Shown here: in pieces, positions 1 to 11,700 of the stretch
Layout of the letters: every line of letters starts with the position of its first letter
Position numbering within the stretch: position 1 is the stretch's first letter
NCBI GenBank assembly: GCA_002633005.1
Contig: NMRA01000289.1
Location: forward strand, 52,294 to 116,293
Length of the DNA stretch: 64,000 nucleotides
Source: Phoronis australis
Taxonomy: Eukaryota > Animalia > Phoronida
Reading direction: 5' to 3'
Program-made: the position numbers and the translations under genes
The notes under the pieces: model-generated
Seen by the model: the letters and a program-made list of their open reading frames with translations, nothing else
What the model was told of the DNA's origin: nothing
Databases searched by the model: none

Positions 1-94
1 ACTTCAGTGACCAAGAGTCAAGGGGAAAAGAACATTTGAGGTATAGACATTTATCACGGGCGTTGGTCTCAGCCTGTTAGTCAATTTGAACCGG

Positions 95-174
95 CTAGTG
101 ATTGTTCTGGAGGGTTAGTTCTGTTGTGACTTGTTTTGTGTTAACGTGTGCGGTAGCTACGGGAACCAGTGGCA
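95..174 (-). CDS. Possible terminal exon of the astacin gene
   Basis: A phase-1 cag acceptor gives VPLVPVATAHVNTKQVTTELTLQNNH*; weak pyrimidine tract and no domain support. Confidence 0.15.
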
Positions 175-999
175 CTGTTGATTAGTAGTTTTCTAGTAAT
201 GATATCTTGTCTCAATCAGTTAGTCGTCAGTCTCACAACTTATTGTAATCATTAATTTGTAAATCACAACGCTGCAAATTAATAGACGTATTCTATTGTT
301 AAAGTATTCGTGTGTTGTTTTACTTATTACCACGTGCGCGCCATTTATCGGCCACAACACGCATTGATATACCACAACGGCGCAAAGTTTTATATTTGAT
401 TTAGTAAACACCTTCGCACCAAGGCTAGAGCCTTCCGAGCTCTTTGGGGTAAGAACACAATAATTGGCGTTTCGCGTATACTCCAAGGGGTAAAACTTTG
501 AAAATAATATTTTCGGGGTAACTTGGTACATGCAATCCTAAAGAACCAAGACTATGTTTTCATGTAGACCGTAAAAATGATTAACCCAGTGATTCAAAAA
601 GAACACTTTCCCAAACGAAAACGCACATAATTTTCAGTTCTATTACACAGGTTACAAAACAACTTGTATAAGTTTATTGCATCGATTCTAGTGATCACCA
701 GGGTAAGTCAAAACTCTTAAGGGGGGCGCGATTTCAAGCCTTTGGCATGAATCAGTGCTATAAAAGATGCCAATGTATAGGTAAACACTGGAATGTCATA
801 ACTGCATAATGGGTGATCACGTTGTCTCCGGGCATGAAAACAATTCTTTCCAGGCGTGATAAGTTTTCTGACGCGATAAATACTGGTTGCCAATTGTTTT
901 TGATTCTACAGAGATTTCAATTCCTGAATAGAAAATGTGTGTTCTGGATTTTTCCGCTTCATCTTTCCATTCAGCTAACTAGTGTACAGCCCAGTGTTT

Positions 1000-1178
1000 T
1001 TAATATCCCATGGCGGCTCCACCGCAACTAATCACTTCTGGTACAACCTTCCGTAAATGCCGTACGTATTTTGCACATTTCTTCGGCGTAACAGTTTTCC
1101 AAGAGCTGCATATTCCTCGAACAAGTTCCTTTTTTGTATTCAGTTTTATGTTCTTCTCAGGTGGTCATTGAGCTCATG
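1000..1178 (-). pseudogene. Tc1/mariner-superfamily transposase C-terminal remnant
   Basis: HELNDHLRRT then a frameshift to KKELVRGICSSWKTVTPKKCAKYVRHLRKVVPEVISCGGAAMGY*, resembling Tc1-type C-termini. Confidence 0.7.
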
Positions 1179-2752
1179 CTTTTAAAATTTTGAAAGCGTA
1201 ACTCTTTCTTTACGCAGTTACGTGTTCTGCCCACGCGTACATTTGATGTACGACGTGGGCACCGACTCGCTGAATGCATCAACCAAATATTAATTTTTGC
1301 AAATGCCCTCAAAATTGGACTTTTTTAAAACACCGTGTTGGTCGTATTCGCCAGCGTAGATAAGCGAAATAAACAAATATGTACACACTGTTCATAGCAC
1401 TTTTATGGACATACGGAAACGCGGCCAACGTCTCTGTCTTACGACGGTGCGTGTGCTTGGCAATTCTGATAAAGCGCTCTCATACTGGAAATTTATTTTA
1501 AGATTGAGCACCGTTTTTAATAATTGTAGGGAAAATTACTCAGCGATATTAGGACTGCAACCAAATCTCGAGTGGTGACTCATTGGAATGTGCAAAACTC
1601 GGGGAGAGGGGGGGTGATACAAGCATAATATTTTTATTTTCGCACCATATATGTAGTTGCCAGGTGTCATTCAGCGTCGCTTACTACCTACATGTAAGAT
1701 GGCCAGATCATACGTTAAAAATATCACCAGAAGCTTTGCTTCTCAAAAAGTGCTTGTTGGCGTATTTTCGCAATCGCTTTACCACTATTCACGCACAGAT
1801 GCCGTGTAGAGACAAATACCTCCTCGCCACGTATTCACATCTTCCCGTTCAAAATTGTTTTATTTTACTTAATTTGTCAACATGTTGTTGACAGAAAATA
1901 TTTATTTTTGAAACAACGTCAACGACCAACTGATGGGGGCCTTAGCGTACATGTAACTTGCCCAGATTGTAACGTCACCGATGCATGAAAATGGATGCGC
2001 AAAGCTAGAATTAGCTTAAGCCTCAACATTGGTCATTCCGTGTTCGATGTCACCGTCTAATATCGTGGAAATCGTAACCATATGATTTCGAAGTTAGAGC
2101 CATCGAAGTCTGTGGGTTTAGGGCATACTGGACCGTGAATTTCGCGTCTGTCCTGTAAGGGTTAATACTATGAAAATAAAATCCCCTGAGTGAGAGCTAT
2201 TGGCGGTGTAACAACTGACTCACTATCCCATCATCACGGGCGCATGACAGGAGACCAGTGAATAACTTAAAAAACACAAAAAGATGCAGTTTGGTGTTAC
2301 ACAAAGAAAAAACAATTGTGGCGCGAAGACTGTCAAAAATAATTGCGTTTACAAAATGACTACGGCGTTGTACTGACCGGGAAGCGGCAACTTGTTAACG
2401 TCACGATTCAAATCAAAGATCAAATGTAAAGAAATAACTTTCCTGTTTTTTATCCAAAACTCGTTGCACTGTCCATAATCTAATGTTTACTATTACTGCT
2501 TGCCTTCAACCTTCGAATTAGTGGTGTTACACAACCGATGTGAACTCATGTAACGGAAACAGTAAAACTAGGTTAATTCATTTGACCCTGTGCTCAGACG
2601 AATATGCATCAACACGCAAAGTGGTATCAGACTGACAACCTGGCGGTCGGCTAATTTGCCGACCGGTCGACGGCCGGTTGTCGACTCCCAGCCGACCGGT
2701 AGGACAAAAATTCGTGATGTGCGCTGTATTAGACAAAAAAAACGTCACTAAT

Positions 2753-4994
2753 TGTCAGAATATAGACTGACACTGTTTTAGTTGTAATGTGTCAAGAAAT
2801 ACCAAAGGACTGGGACCGGTATCTGCCAGCTCTCCTGTTTGCTTACCGGGAAGTCTCGCAACCAAGCACAGGATTTTCACCCTTTGAATTGCTATATGGC
2901 AGGACATTAAGAGGTCCAATGCAAATCCTAAGCAAACTCTGGACTGGGCAATAGAACGAAGTCCGAAATACTTACCAGTATGTCTCCGAGCGCAGGAACC
3001 GCTTAGAGGTGGCTTGCGAGTTGGTTAGAAAAAGCTTATATGATGCGCAAGGTATTCACAAGCGTAACTATGGCAAGAAGGCCAGAGATACTCAGTTTCA
3101 AGTGGGGTAAAGAGTGTTGGTGTTACTTCCCACAGACCACGACAAGCTTACACTGCAATGGAAGGGGCCTTACGAAGTCACAGAAAAAGTCAATCGTATG
3201 GACTACAGAAACAACACGAACGGCAAGATTAATACATTCCATGCTAATCTGTCGAAGGTCTTAGAGCCTTCCACTTCATCTTACAGCTCTCCTGTAGTGT
3301 TGGTGACTAAAAAGGACGGCACCACAAGATTCTGTGTTGACTACCGGCTATCATGGCGACTCTGCATGGTCAACATTTCTTCTCGAAGTTCGACTTCACA
3401 AAAGGTTACTGGCAAACTCCCATGAATGAGGCTAGTAAAGAGAAAACTGCATTTGTGACTCCAGGAGGCTGTTACCAGTTCCGCAGAATGTCGTTTGGCT
3501 TGGTGAATTCAGCGGCTGTGTTCAACAGGATGAAGGTGGAGTCCCTTGGACATCAGATTGGCACGAACCAGATAGCTACGGACGACCAAAAGCTAATGAA
3601 GATCCAGGATGCACCAGCCCCATCTACTAAGACTGAAGTACGGTCATTCCTAGGACTTACAGGGTACTACGGAAACTACGCACAGAAAGCCACACCGTTG
3701 ACAGATCTACTGAAGAAGGGCCAACCAAAGAAAGGTGTGTGGACCGATAGTTATGACCAGGCATTCAAGAAGCTAAAGTAAGCGCTTGGAAGTAGCCCGA
3801 TTATACGAGTACCAGACTTCTCCCATACATTTATCGTCAAAATGGACGCGTCAAACGATGGTTTAGGTGCAGTTTCACTGCAGGAGTGTGACGACAGGAT
3901 ATTCCCTATTAGGTATGCCAGCCGGAAGCTTAAACAGAGCTAGCGACATTGCTTTACAGAAGAGAAAGAATGTTTAGCGATAGTGTTCGCTGTTTAAAGT
4001 TTTCAGTTTCATCTTTATGGGACCAAATTCTTTGTGAGAACAGACCACAAACCACTGGTATATATCCAAAGTTGTAAGATTAAAAGTCGCGATGGGCTAT
4101 AACTCTGCAGAATTATAAATTCTATGTGGAGGATATCCCTGGAAAATCTCACGTCGCTGCTCACTACTTAAGCCGACGAGCAGAGCCTGCAAGTCAAGTA
4201 GCACCTTAGAGACGGATACAGAGGCAGGGGTGTGTTGTCAGAATATAGACTAACACTGTTTTTAGTTGTACTGTTTTGTTTTGTTTTGTTGTTTTGTTTG
4301 ATTGGCATGAACCCTGAGTTAATTACAGTGATGACGTAATTTGTTTACTAGAGAGCAGTATGAAACTTTCTAGAAGACTGAGTTCAGTACAGTGATAACG
4401 TAATTTGTTTACTACAGTATAGTGTGGAACTTTCAATAAGACTCTAGCATGAGAGTGATTAATGAAGTCTGGAGTATTCTAGAGATTAGTTTATGTTTGT
4501 AGAATGATTGGGTAGATCTCACAAAGTTCTGACATATGCTTGAAATGGTGAAAAGTTCTAGAACATTGCATTAGTCTATAAATACACAAGCACGGGCTCG
4601 TATTAGTCAGTTCAAGAAAGTTAAAAAAGAAAAGAGTCAAGCAGCTCAAGAGTTCAGCAGTTGGAGTTACAGTTGAGTTGCACTAAAGAGAATCAGCGGT
4701 TACAGCGATAGTAAATAGAGAGCCAGCTATAGTGACAGCAGGTTATTGATGCAGCAAGTGTAACAGTTGCTGAACGTGTCTCAGAAGTTCGTCACAAGTC
4801 AAAGCTTCGCAGCACTGGCTGGAGCATGAAACAGATATTACGTCGGATATTTTGTTTGGGTAGGCTTGTGAACGTACGGTCGAGATTAATACAAGGATTA
4901 ACTCGAACCAGTCCTCAGTCTATTGTCGCACAAAAAGCTATTAGCACCGGTCTGTAACAACCTGCGCCCACCCACACACGGGGAAAACGTGACA
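2753..4994 (+). mobile_element. Internally deleted Gmr1-type Ty3/Gypsy LTR retrotransposon
   Basis: TGTCAG...GTGACA termini with 5-bp TSD CTAAT (2748-2752 and 4995-4999). About 35 bp of 5' LTR is fused to the integrase C-terminus (DWDRYLPALLFAYRE, QWKGPY), followed by RT (SPVVLVTKKDGTTRFCVDYR, KGYWQ) and RNase H (DAS, TDHK) remnants; PPT about 4221-4230. Confidence 0.93.
4236..4994 (+). repeat. 3' LTR (759 bp)
   Basis: Starts tgtcagaatatagac after the PPT and ends gtgaca; TATA-like ctataaata near 4577. Confidence 0.9.
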
Positions 4995-5037
4995 CTAATT
5001 TAAACGGGTGATACTGGGGAATTTGTCATGCTCTCAT

Positions 5038-5598
5038 TGTCACGTTTTTCCCAGCAACTGTTACACTCGCTGATTCAATAACCCGCTGTCTCGGTATCTG
5101 TCATTCTATTGACTATGGCTGTGACTGCTGATTATCTTCAGTGCAACTCAACTGTAATCCTCTCAACTGTTTAACTGTTAACTCCAACTGCTGAACTCTT
5201 GAACTGCTTTTTCTGCTTTACTTCTTGAACTCACTAATGCAAGCCGTGCTTGTGTATTTATAGACTGATGCAATGTTCTAGAACTTTTCACCATTTCAAG
5301 CACATGCCAGAAATTTCTGAAATCTACCCAACCATTCTACAAACATATACTAGTCTCTAGAATATCCCAGACTTCATTAATCACTGTAATGCTAGAGTCT
5401 TCTAGAAAGTTCCACACTATACTGCAGTAGGCAAATTACATCATCACTGTACTGAACTCAGTCTTCTAGAAAGTTCCATACTATTCTGTAGTAACCAAAC
5501 AATACCATCACTGTACTTAACCCAGGGGTCATGCCAATTAAACAGAACAACAAAACTAAACATTACAACTAATAACAGTGTCAGTCTATATTCTGACA
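5038..5598 (-). mobile_element. Solo LTR of the same family, inverted
   Basis: Reverse-complement match to 4236-4994 with an internal deletion; own 5-bp TSD CTCAT (5033-5037 and 5599-5603). Confidence 0.93.
5399..5477. promoter_or_regulatory. Two perfect three-unit heat-shock elements in the solo LTR
   Basis: cTTCtaGAAagTTCc at 5399-5413 and 5463-5477. Confidence 0.55.
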
Positions 5599-5648
5599 CT
5601 CATTCTGGCTGACCTTTCGTTTTATTCGCGATGTTGTTTGCTTATTAC

Positions 5649-5726
5649 CTCCAGAAGGTGGAATAGTCCTTGGCGGTGTCGCCGTCGTTCTTGCCCCTGT
5701 TGTTGGTTGAGGTCTTGGTCTTGTAC
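5649..5726 (-). CDS. Pro/Thr-rich linker exon (phase 1-1)
   Basis: STRPRPQPTTGARTTATPPRTIPPSG; ttaaag acceptor, gtaata donor. Confidence 0.75.
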
Positions 5727-8700
5727 CTTTAAAGGTGATATCAACACATATAATTTCACTATCAAAGATATTACGTGTGGTCTTGATTTCGAATACTATT
5801 CACGGACTTGGAAAATACTCGATATTTTCCGAGGTGGTCAAGCTACAAATCGGCCCCACCGAATAGAATTCTTTTCTCCTACGGCATAGCATTATCCATG
5901 GTCAACGGCATCTGTATTCACATGTATGTAAGATTCCGCTACAGATCGGTAATTTCTAGGTGACCATCGAAGCACTGTACTACTACTACATATACCAAAT
6001 GAGTGAAACATGTTTGAGAATATGAAAAATGAACAAACGGCTATGTCTTCTTCGCCGTGCTTTATTTTCAAACTGACCACAGATCTACCTGGCTAAATAT
6101 ATTCTTACACTGCAAATCACTGCTGTGGAAGTCTTTTATCACTTCAGCTAACCGAGGCATGCCTTTTCGTGTAAACTATAATGCCGCACCAATTATTAGA
6201 TCAAGCACTTACTGCATTTGCCGCACGCCAATGCACAATTAGGTAACATCCATCGGGGGTTCTTAATACACTCGCCTCTTGCAGCCCATCTTTCGCATGC
6301 TGTAGTGTTGTGGATGTTTGAACAATCTGGGCCTGCAACGAAAGTAATATAATAAATTAAATGATGGCACCTGCAACGCTCATCTTGTTCAAGAACTCTA
6401 CCTGAAGAAAAAGTTTATTCATTTTTCTTCAACATTGCTGCAAATTGCAAAGTTTTACTTCAGTAAGTGCATACTGTTTTTCAGCCAATTTAATCTTTTT
6501 GCGTTGTTATACCACACATTTTTAGGATCGTTATGATATACGTAAACATGAGTACACACAGTGCTTGAGACGAGATACCATCAGTAGATAAACACACAAC
6601 CATTTCAGTATAAGTCTTTGTTGAATGAATGTCTGTATGAACGGAAGCTACGTCGCCAGGGAGGGGAAGGTTCACCGATCTGCCAACGGGGTGACTGAAG
6701 AATGTTTCTGCTGCTTTTTGACGCACGCCTGGGATGTGAACGATGATGAAATGGTATCGTAAGGTCCTTCCTTTTAGGTTTCGTAGGCAAGCATTTGGTA
6801 TGTCCTCTAGAGCGCTACCTGAGAAGACCTTGGCAAGCGACAGGGGTCGACGGCAATCGTCATGTAGTCGCACGAAGAAGCGAACTTTGCCTAAGGATTC
6901 AGCAACAGCCAGGGCCTTGCCTTTGATAGAGGCATATCGAGTTTCGGCAGGATGTGTGAACCTACTGCCGACGAAAGTCACCTTCCAACTACATGGGCAA
7001 CAAAATGCCGTTCTCCCTAAGCAGTGGCAGTGTTTCTTTAGTAACCGGAAGCCTATTCCTGTCTTGGACCAATCGGTTGCCAGGCTAGTCGGTCAAGTCT
7101 TGTCAAAGATGCGTACACCCTCCTCTATCTGATGAACAATGACTTGCTTGGATTTAATAAAGAGTTGCTCCAACTGGTTGCTCAAGACAAATGGGCCCCC
7201 TTCTTCAAAAGTTATCGGAACACCAATGTCTTGTTGGCCATGCTGAACACGTATGATACTTGGATAAGGAGGCCAAACCAGGAGTACATGTCGGTGATGT
7301 TTTTATAAGTAGGGAACTCGAGTACGCTGTTCAGATCTTGCTTTGATGGACGAACACTGTAACTGTTGATTTCGAATTCGACAATGTCTTGATCGAATGT
7401 GAATTTCTCGGGATTGAGTACAATTATTCCGTTTCGACCACAGACGTCCAACCTTGCGCATGCCTCGTGAAAGTTGTCTTCTAGGTTAGTTGCCCATAAT
7501 AACGCGTTGTCGGCACATTTGGTGTGGTTTGGAATGTCACCTACAATTTTATCACATATGCGCGTTAAAGCGACGTCGGATGCGATGTAGCCTTGTGGGG
7601 CTGCGCAAGGTCTGTAGCGATCACAAGGAGTTATGAAAATGTGTAACGTAGGCACACTGTGGTATCCATTTCACGTGTCGAAGACAGACTTCTTTGTGTC
7701 ACTGGGAAGAGTTTAAGCTTGGTGAAATGGGGAACGCGTGTGACGCGTTTAACGCAAGGCATGTTTGTTGAGGGGTTTTAAATCTATAATGCAACGGCAT
7801 TCACCATTTTTTGGGCGTACAACGATCCTGTTGCACCCTGTGACCGTTTCTCTACAGGTGCGGGTTCTATCAAGCTGAACGAACGACTTGGTCCAAGACA
7901 GCTTTCACCTCAGCCTGCCAGTGGAGCGGAATTGGGACAGGGGAATGGTGTGCAACTGGGGTGGCGTTAGGGTCGGTCATAAGATGCATGGGAGGTCCAC
8001 TCATTTAGGGAAGCGGCCGGTGTTCGAAGGTTTTGAGGGTGCTTGCCTTGTAATACTCACGTAAGTAGGCTTCAAGGTTGTCACAGTTGTCATTAGTATC
8101 CAGAAAAGGAAACTCTGTAGGGATTGGAGGTGGTTTCTCTCGCCAAGGACATCCACATGGAGCTCAGGATTCAATTCCTTCAATTTCGTCATCACCGACG
8201 GTAGGAAAATTCCCGTCATGAGCTCTAGGGCAACAGTGGCTTCTCTATTAAGGTAGAATTTGTATGTGCTGTTAGTAAGTTAATAATATATAATTTGTTC
8301 AATTTGCAGAAGTTGGCCGTTGCGTCAGAGACGTGAAGAAAGGTACCGCTCAGGATGGGTATGTCTTCGTTTTTTGCTGCATGCATCTTCATGTCAACTA
8401 GGACTAAATTGCAGCGTGTCAAAAGAAGTCGTTGGAGGGCCTGATATCCTGAGAGCCAACTCTGGCATCCCGTGTCGGTTGGATCCTGGTCAGGAGCGTG
8501 TTTTGGAAATCTGAAATGGGTGTAGCCATCTCAGGAGGCACTAGCTGTGAGGTTGATGAAGAGTTGACGCTATGATATTTTTCTTCAACCAAGCATTTGT
8601 GAGCTCGTCGCAGTTGTGATGACTTGGTGTATTGGATCGTTTTCGGTTTTGTGAGTGTACAGAGACTTCACATAGAGCGTCGAAGACATCGTTAGCGGTT

Positions 8701-11700
8701 TCGGGAGGTTTGCCGTTGTGATGCTTGCAGCTGCAAGCGTCCTTATAGTAGTGGAGCTTGGCATATTGTTCACATGTTTGACCGTATGCGGGACGTACAA
8801 TTCTACGGGTGTGCAGTGGTGCTTCGCCATAATAGATGCAGGATGGCACATGTTGATTTGTTTGATGTTGGTTTCGTCGGTACGTGCTAGTGGACGCGAT
8901 GCCGTGGGAATCATGAGGGTGGGTGGCTTCCTTTGCTTCGACGAAGCGTAAGATTTCTTACAAAGTTCTGTCCTAGTTTTTGTCCCCGAGGAGATCAAGT
9001 TATATTTCTGAGTAACTCATCCCAAGGGAGGGATGGTTACGAATGATGTGGTCTATGAAATTAATGGCGTAGTTGCAGTCAGGGTATGGTAAGCTGAATT
9101 TGCAAATGCCGGCTTTGCCCCTGCAACCGGGTGCCAAATGCGCGTACTGATTCTTCACGGTCTTGTCGTATTGCCAGTCTTCACAGGTCCAAGCTGAGGC
9201 AATGTGAGGTCTTTTAACGTTTTCAGCGGGTACAGCGTTGGGAAGCTAGTTGGTGGTGACGTGTGGGTAATGGCGTGTGGTTTCAGTAGTGCAGCCACAA
9301 TGGCAGGTTCGACATTATGGGTTGTATAGGAACATCCCTCAATAAGGCACTGAATGCCTCTCATGGTAGTGAGAGTGGAGTTGTGCAAACTGAGATGACG
9401 GAACACGGTGTGGTAGTGAATCGTGTTGGTAGAAGTACATGTAGGTCAGTTGGTCAACAGGCAGTCTCCATCATAGATAAAATACAGTCATTTCAGTTCA
9501 AGTCTTTATTGAATGGATGATGGAGACCTGGACGTACAAATAAAGTGCATGCTTACTGAATGGCTTAAAGATAATAGCAATATTCTCTAAAAAAAATCTA
9601 AAATAAATAAAGGCGAAAATTCCTACCTCTACGTAACTGACATGCATTCGCGGAGACAATATGGTGGAAACTGACTACAGAGATACCTAACGGTTATAAT
9701 AATTAAATGCAGGCGGTCTGATACACGTTGTACCACACGTGCGCAGGCCGCGCATGTGGTCCCATTGCACTGAAACCTGGAACCATTTTTATGCTTTATT
9801 TATATATAATTAAAACCGACCTGAGGAGCTGGAAACCTGACTCAATGGCTTAGCGGTATAACCCAGTGGGACTCGAACCCACGACCTCGAGTGAAGTAAG
9901 CGGACACTTGTCACACTAGTCCACACTGCGTCCTCCCTTGCGGTTACAGTATGAGCCATTAGATAGTTATTTAATCAGAAAATTCTTAGACTGGTAACAG
10001 TTTATTATTTGAGATACACAGGTGTCATGAGCCTAAATAACATTTTCTGAATTCAGCGAAATCATTAATAAAATTCAATTTACAGACAAATCCCAATGCG
10101 AATTGCACTGAATCATATGAACAGGGTGTGTATTGGAGAGCTTCATTAACCACTTTCCGTTGGTGAACAAATATAAGGCACCTTTCTACATTTAGCACTG
10201 CTAGGTTGAATTAAAGCAAAGGCATAACCATTTGTAACAGAAGTGTTTGTAATTAAAATAATCATTTTAAATATTAACAATTTAAAAAAGTCACACCAAT
10301 CTCAGATGATTTCCTTGGAAGCAGATATGCAAGACGTTGTTTTCTGTATGAGACCATGATTTTCATTGGCTCGCGTCAACAATATCAGCCAAACATTAAC
10401 CAATGAGAGTGATACTTGCTTAATGACTGCTCCATAATAAAAAATATTTTTATGTTTGCACCAATAGTTTTGGTCTAAATTGCAAAAAACAAATTGCTAC
10501 CTTAAAACCTCAATACCATGAAGTACATGTACCAGTTGAATGGGCACATAAAGAAAGAGATCAGGCAACACACTGGATATTTCTTGCTCTCCACAAAATA
10601 AGGTAGTTATTTACGTCGCTATTTGCCCAACGTTCAGTTTATTTTGGGTTGTTTATATACGACTTTAACTACCTAGAACGGGTACGGTAGGTGCATATGA
10701 GACAGACTGTATGTAACAAATTGTCATTCGCCTTCATTAAACCGTTAAAAGGGTCCTGTTGGTATGATGGCATACGTTTTACTCGAACACTTGTCCAAAA
10801 AATAATTCACTACCAATATAGCTTTTAGATAAAAATATTACTTTGCAATGAACACTACCGATGAAAGATTTCAATATTTCTTTAACATTTCCAGCTTACT
10901 ACGATAGCTCCCGTTAAATAACTAATCGGCAATGTTGGCTCGCGTTGCTAAACGGCGATAGGAAAAATATAGACAATCAATTGTCTTTTTTATAATCCCT
11001 AAATACGTTACGATTCGGAAGCGTTGGGTCGTTGAAATACGCCGCGACAATGGAAAATATTCCCAAATAAGACTGATAAATGTCGTCAAAAGTTTGATCA
11101 TATTTTGTCGCATCACGGATGCCATGCATCATAGCAATGCCAGCGGTGAATCTTCGGCCAGCCAGGTTGTATTCACATGGGTACGGATTGAAACATGATG
11201 CATTAGTTTCCAAAAAGGTACACAAAAACTGTGCTTGCTCTGCCCAGTCAATGAAAGTTTTAATCCGAAATGGATTATTTTTCATAGGTCATGCTTTTGA
11301 CGAACGAACTGGGCTGTTTAATTTTAAGATTTAACTTGATCCAGATTGATAATTGAAACCCACAGTACAAAAGAAATTGATTTAAGAAAAATTGAAAACA
11401 ATAAAGCACTACTGATGGTCAAATAATTTTTATATTTAATTACCAGCCTGTTTTTTATTTTTATACCATTTTGGAGATCATTACAAATCAAGTGTTAGTC
11501 CCGGTAGTCCCTACCTCACTACCAGAGCCTAGGCTATGGTTGATTTTGGTATTTGTGATCAACAAATCAAACCAGATGTGACTTGCACATGGCAGCAAAA
11601 TGCGATGAGTTACCAGTGACAAATATATCCAACTCGTCACAAAACACGATCAGATAAAACGATTCGTGCAGAAGGCATCAACAATTTACAAAAAAATGGA

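Noticed and set aside
2150-2165. piggyBac-like GGG-TTAA end
   Set aside because: No matching left TIR or transposase found.
9860-9932. Functional tRNA gene
   Set aside because: A and B boxes are present but I could not build a convincing cloverleaf; treated as a SINE head.
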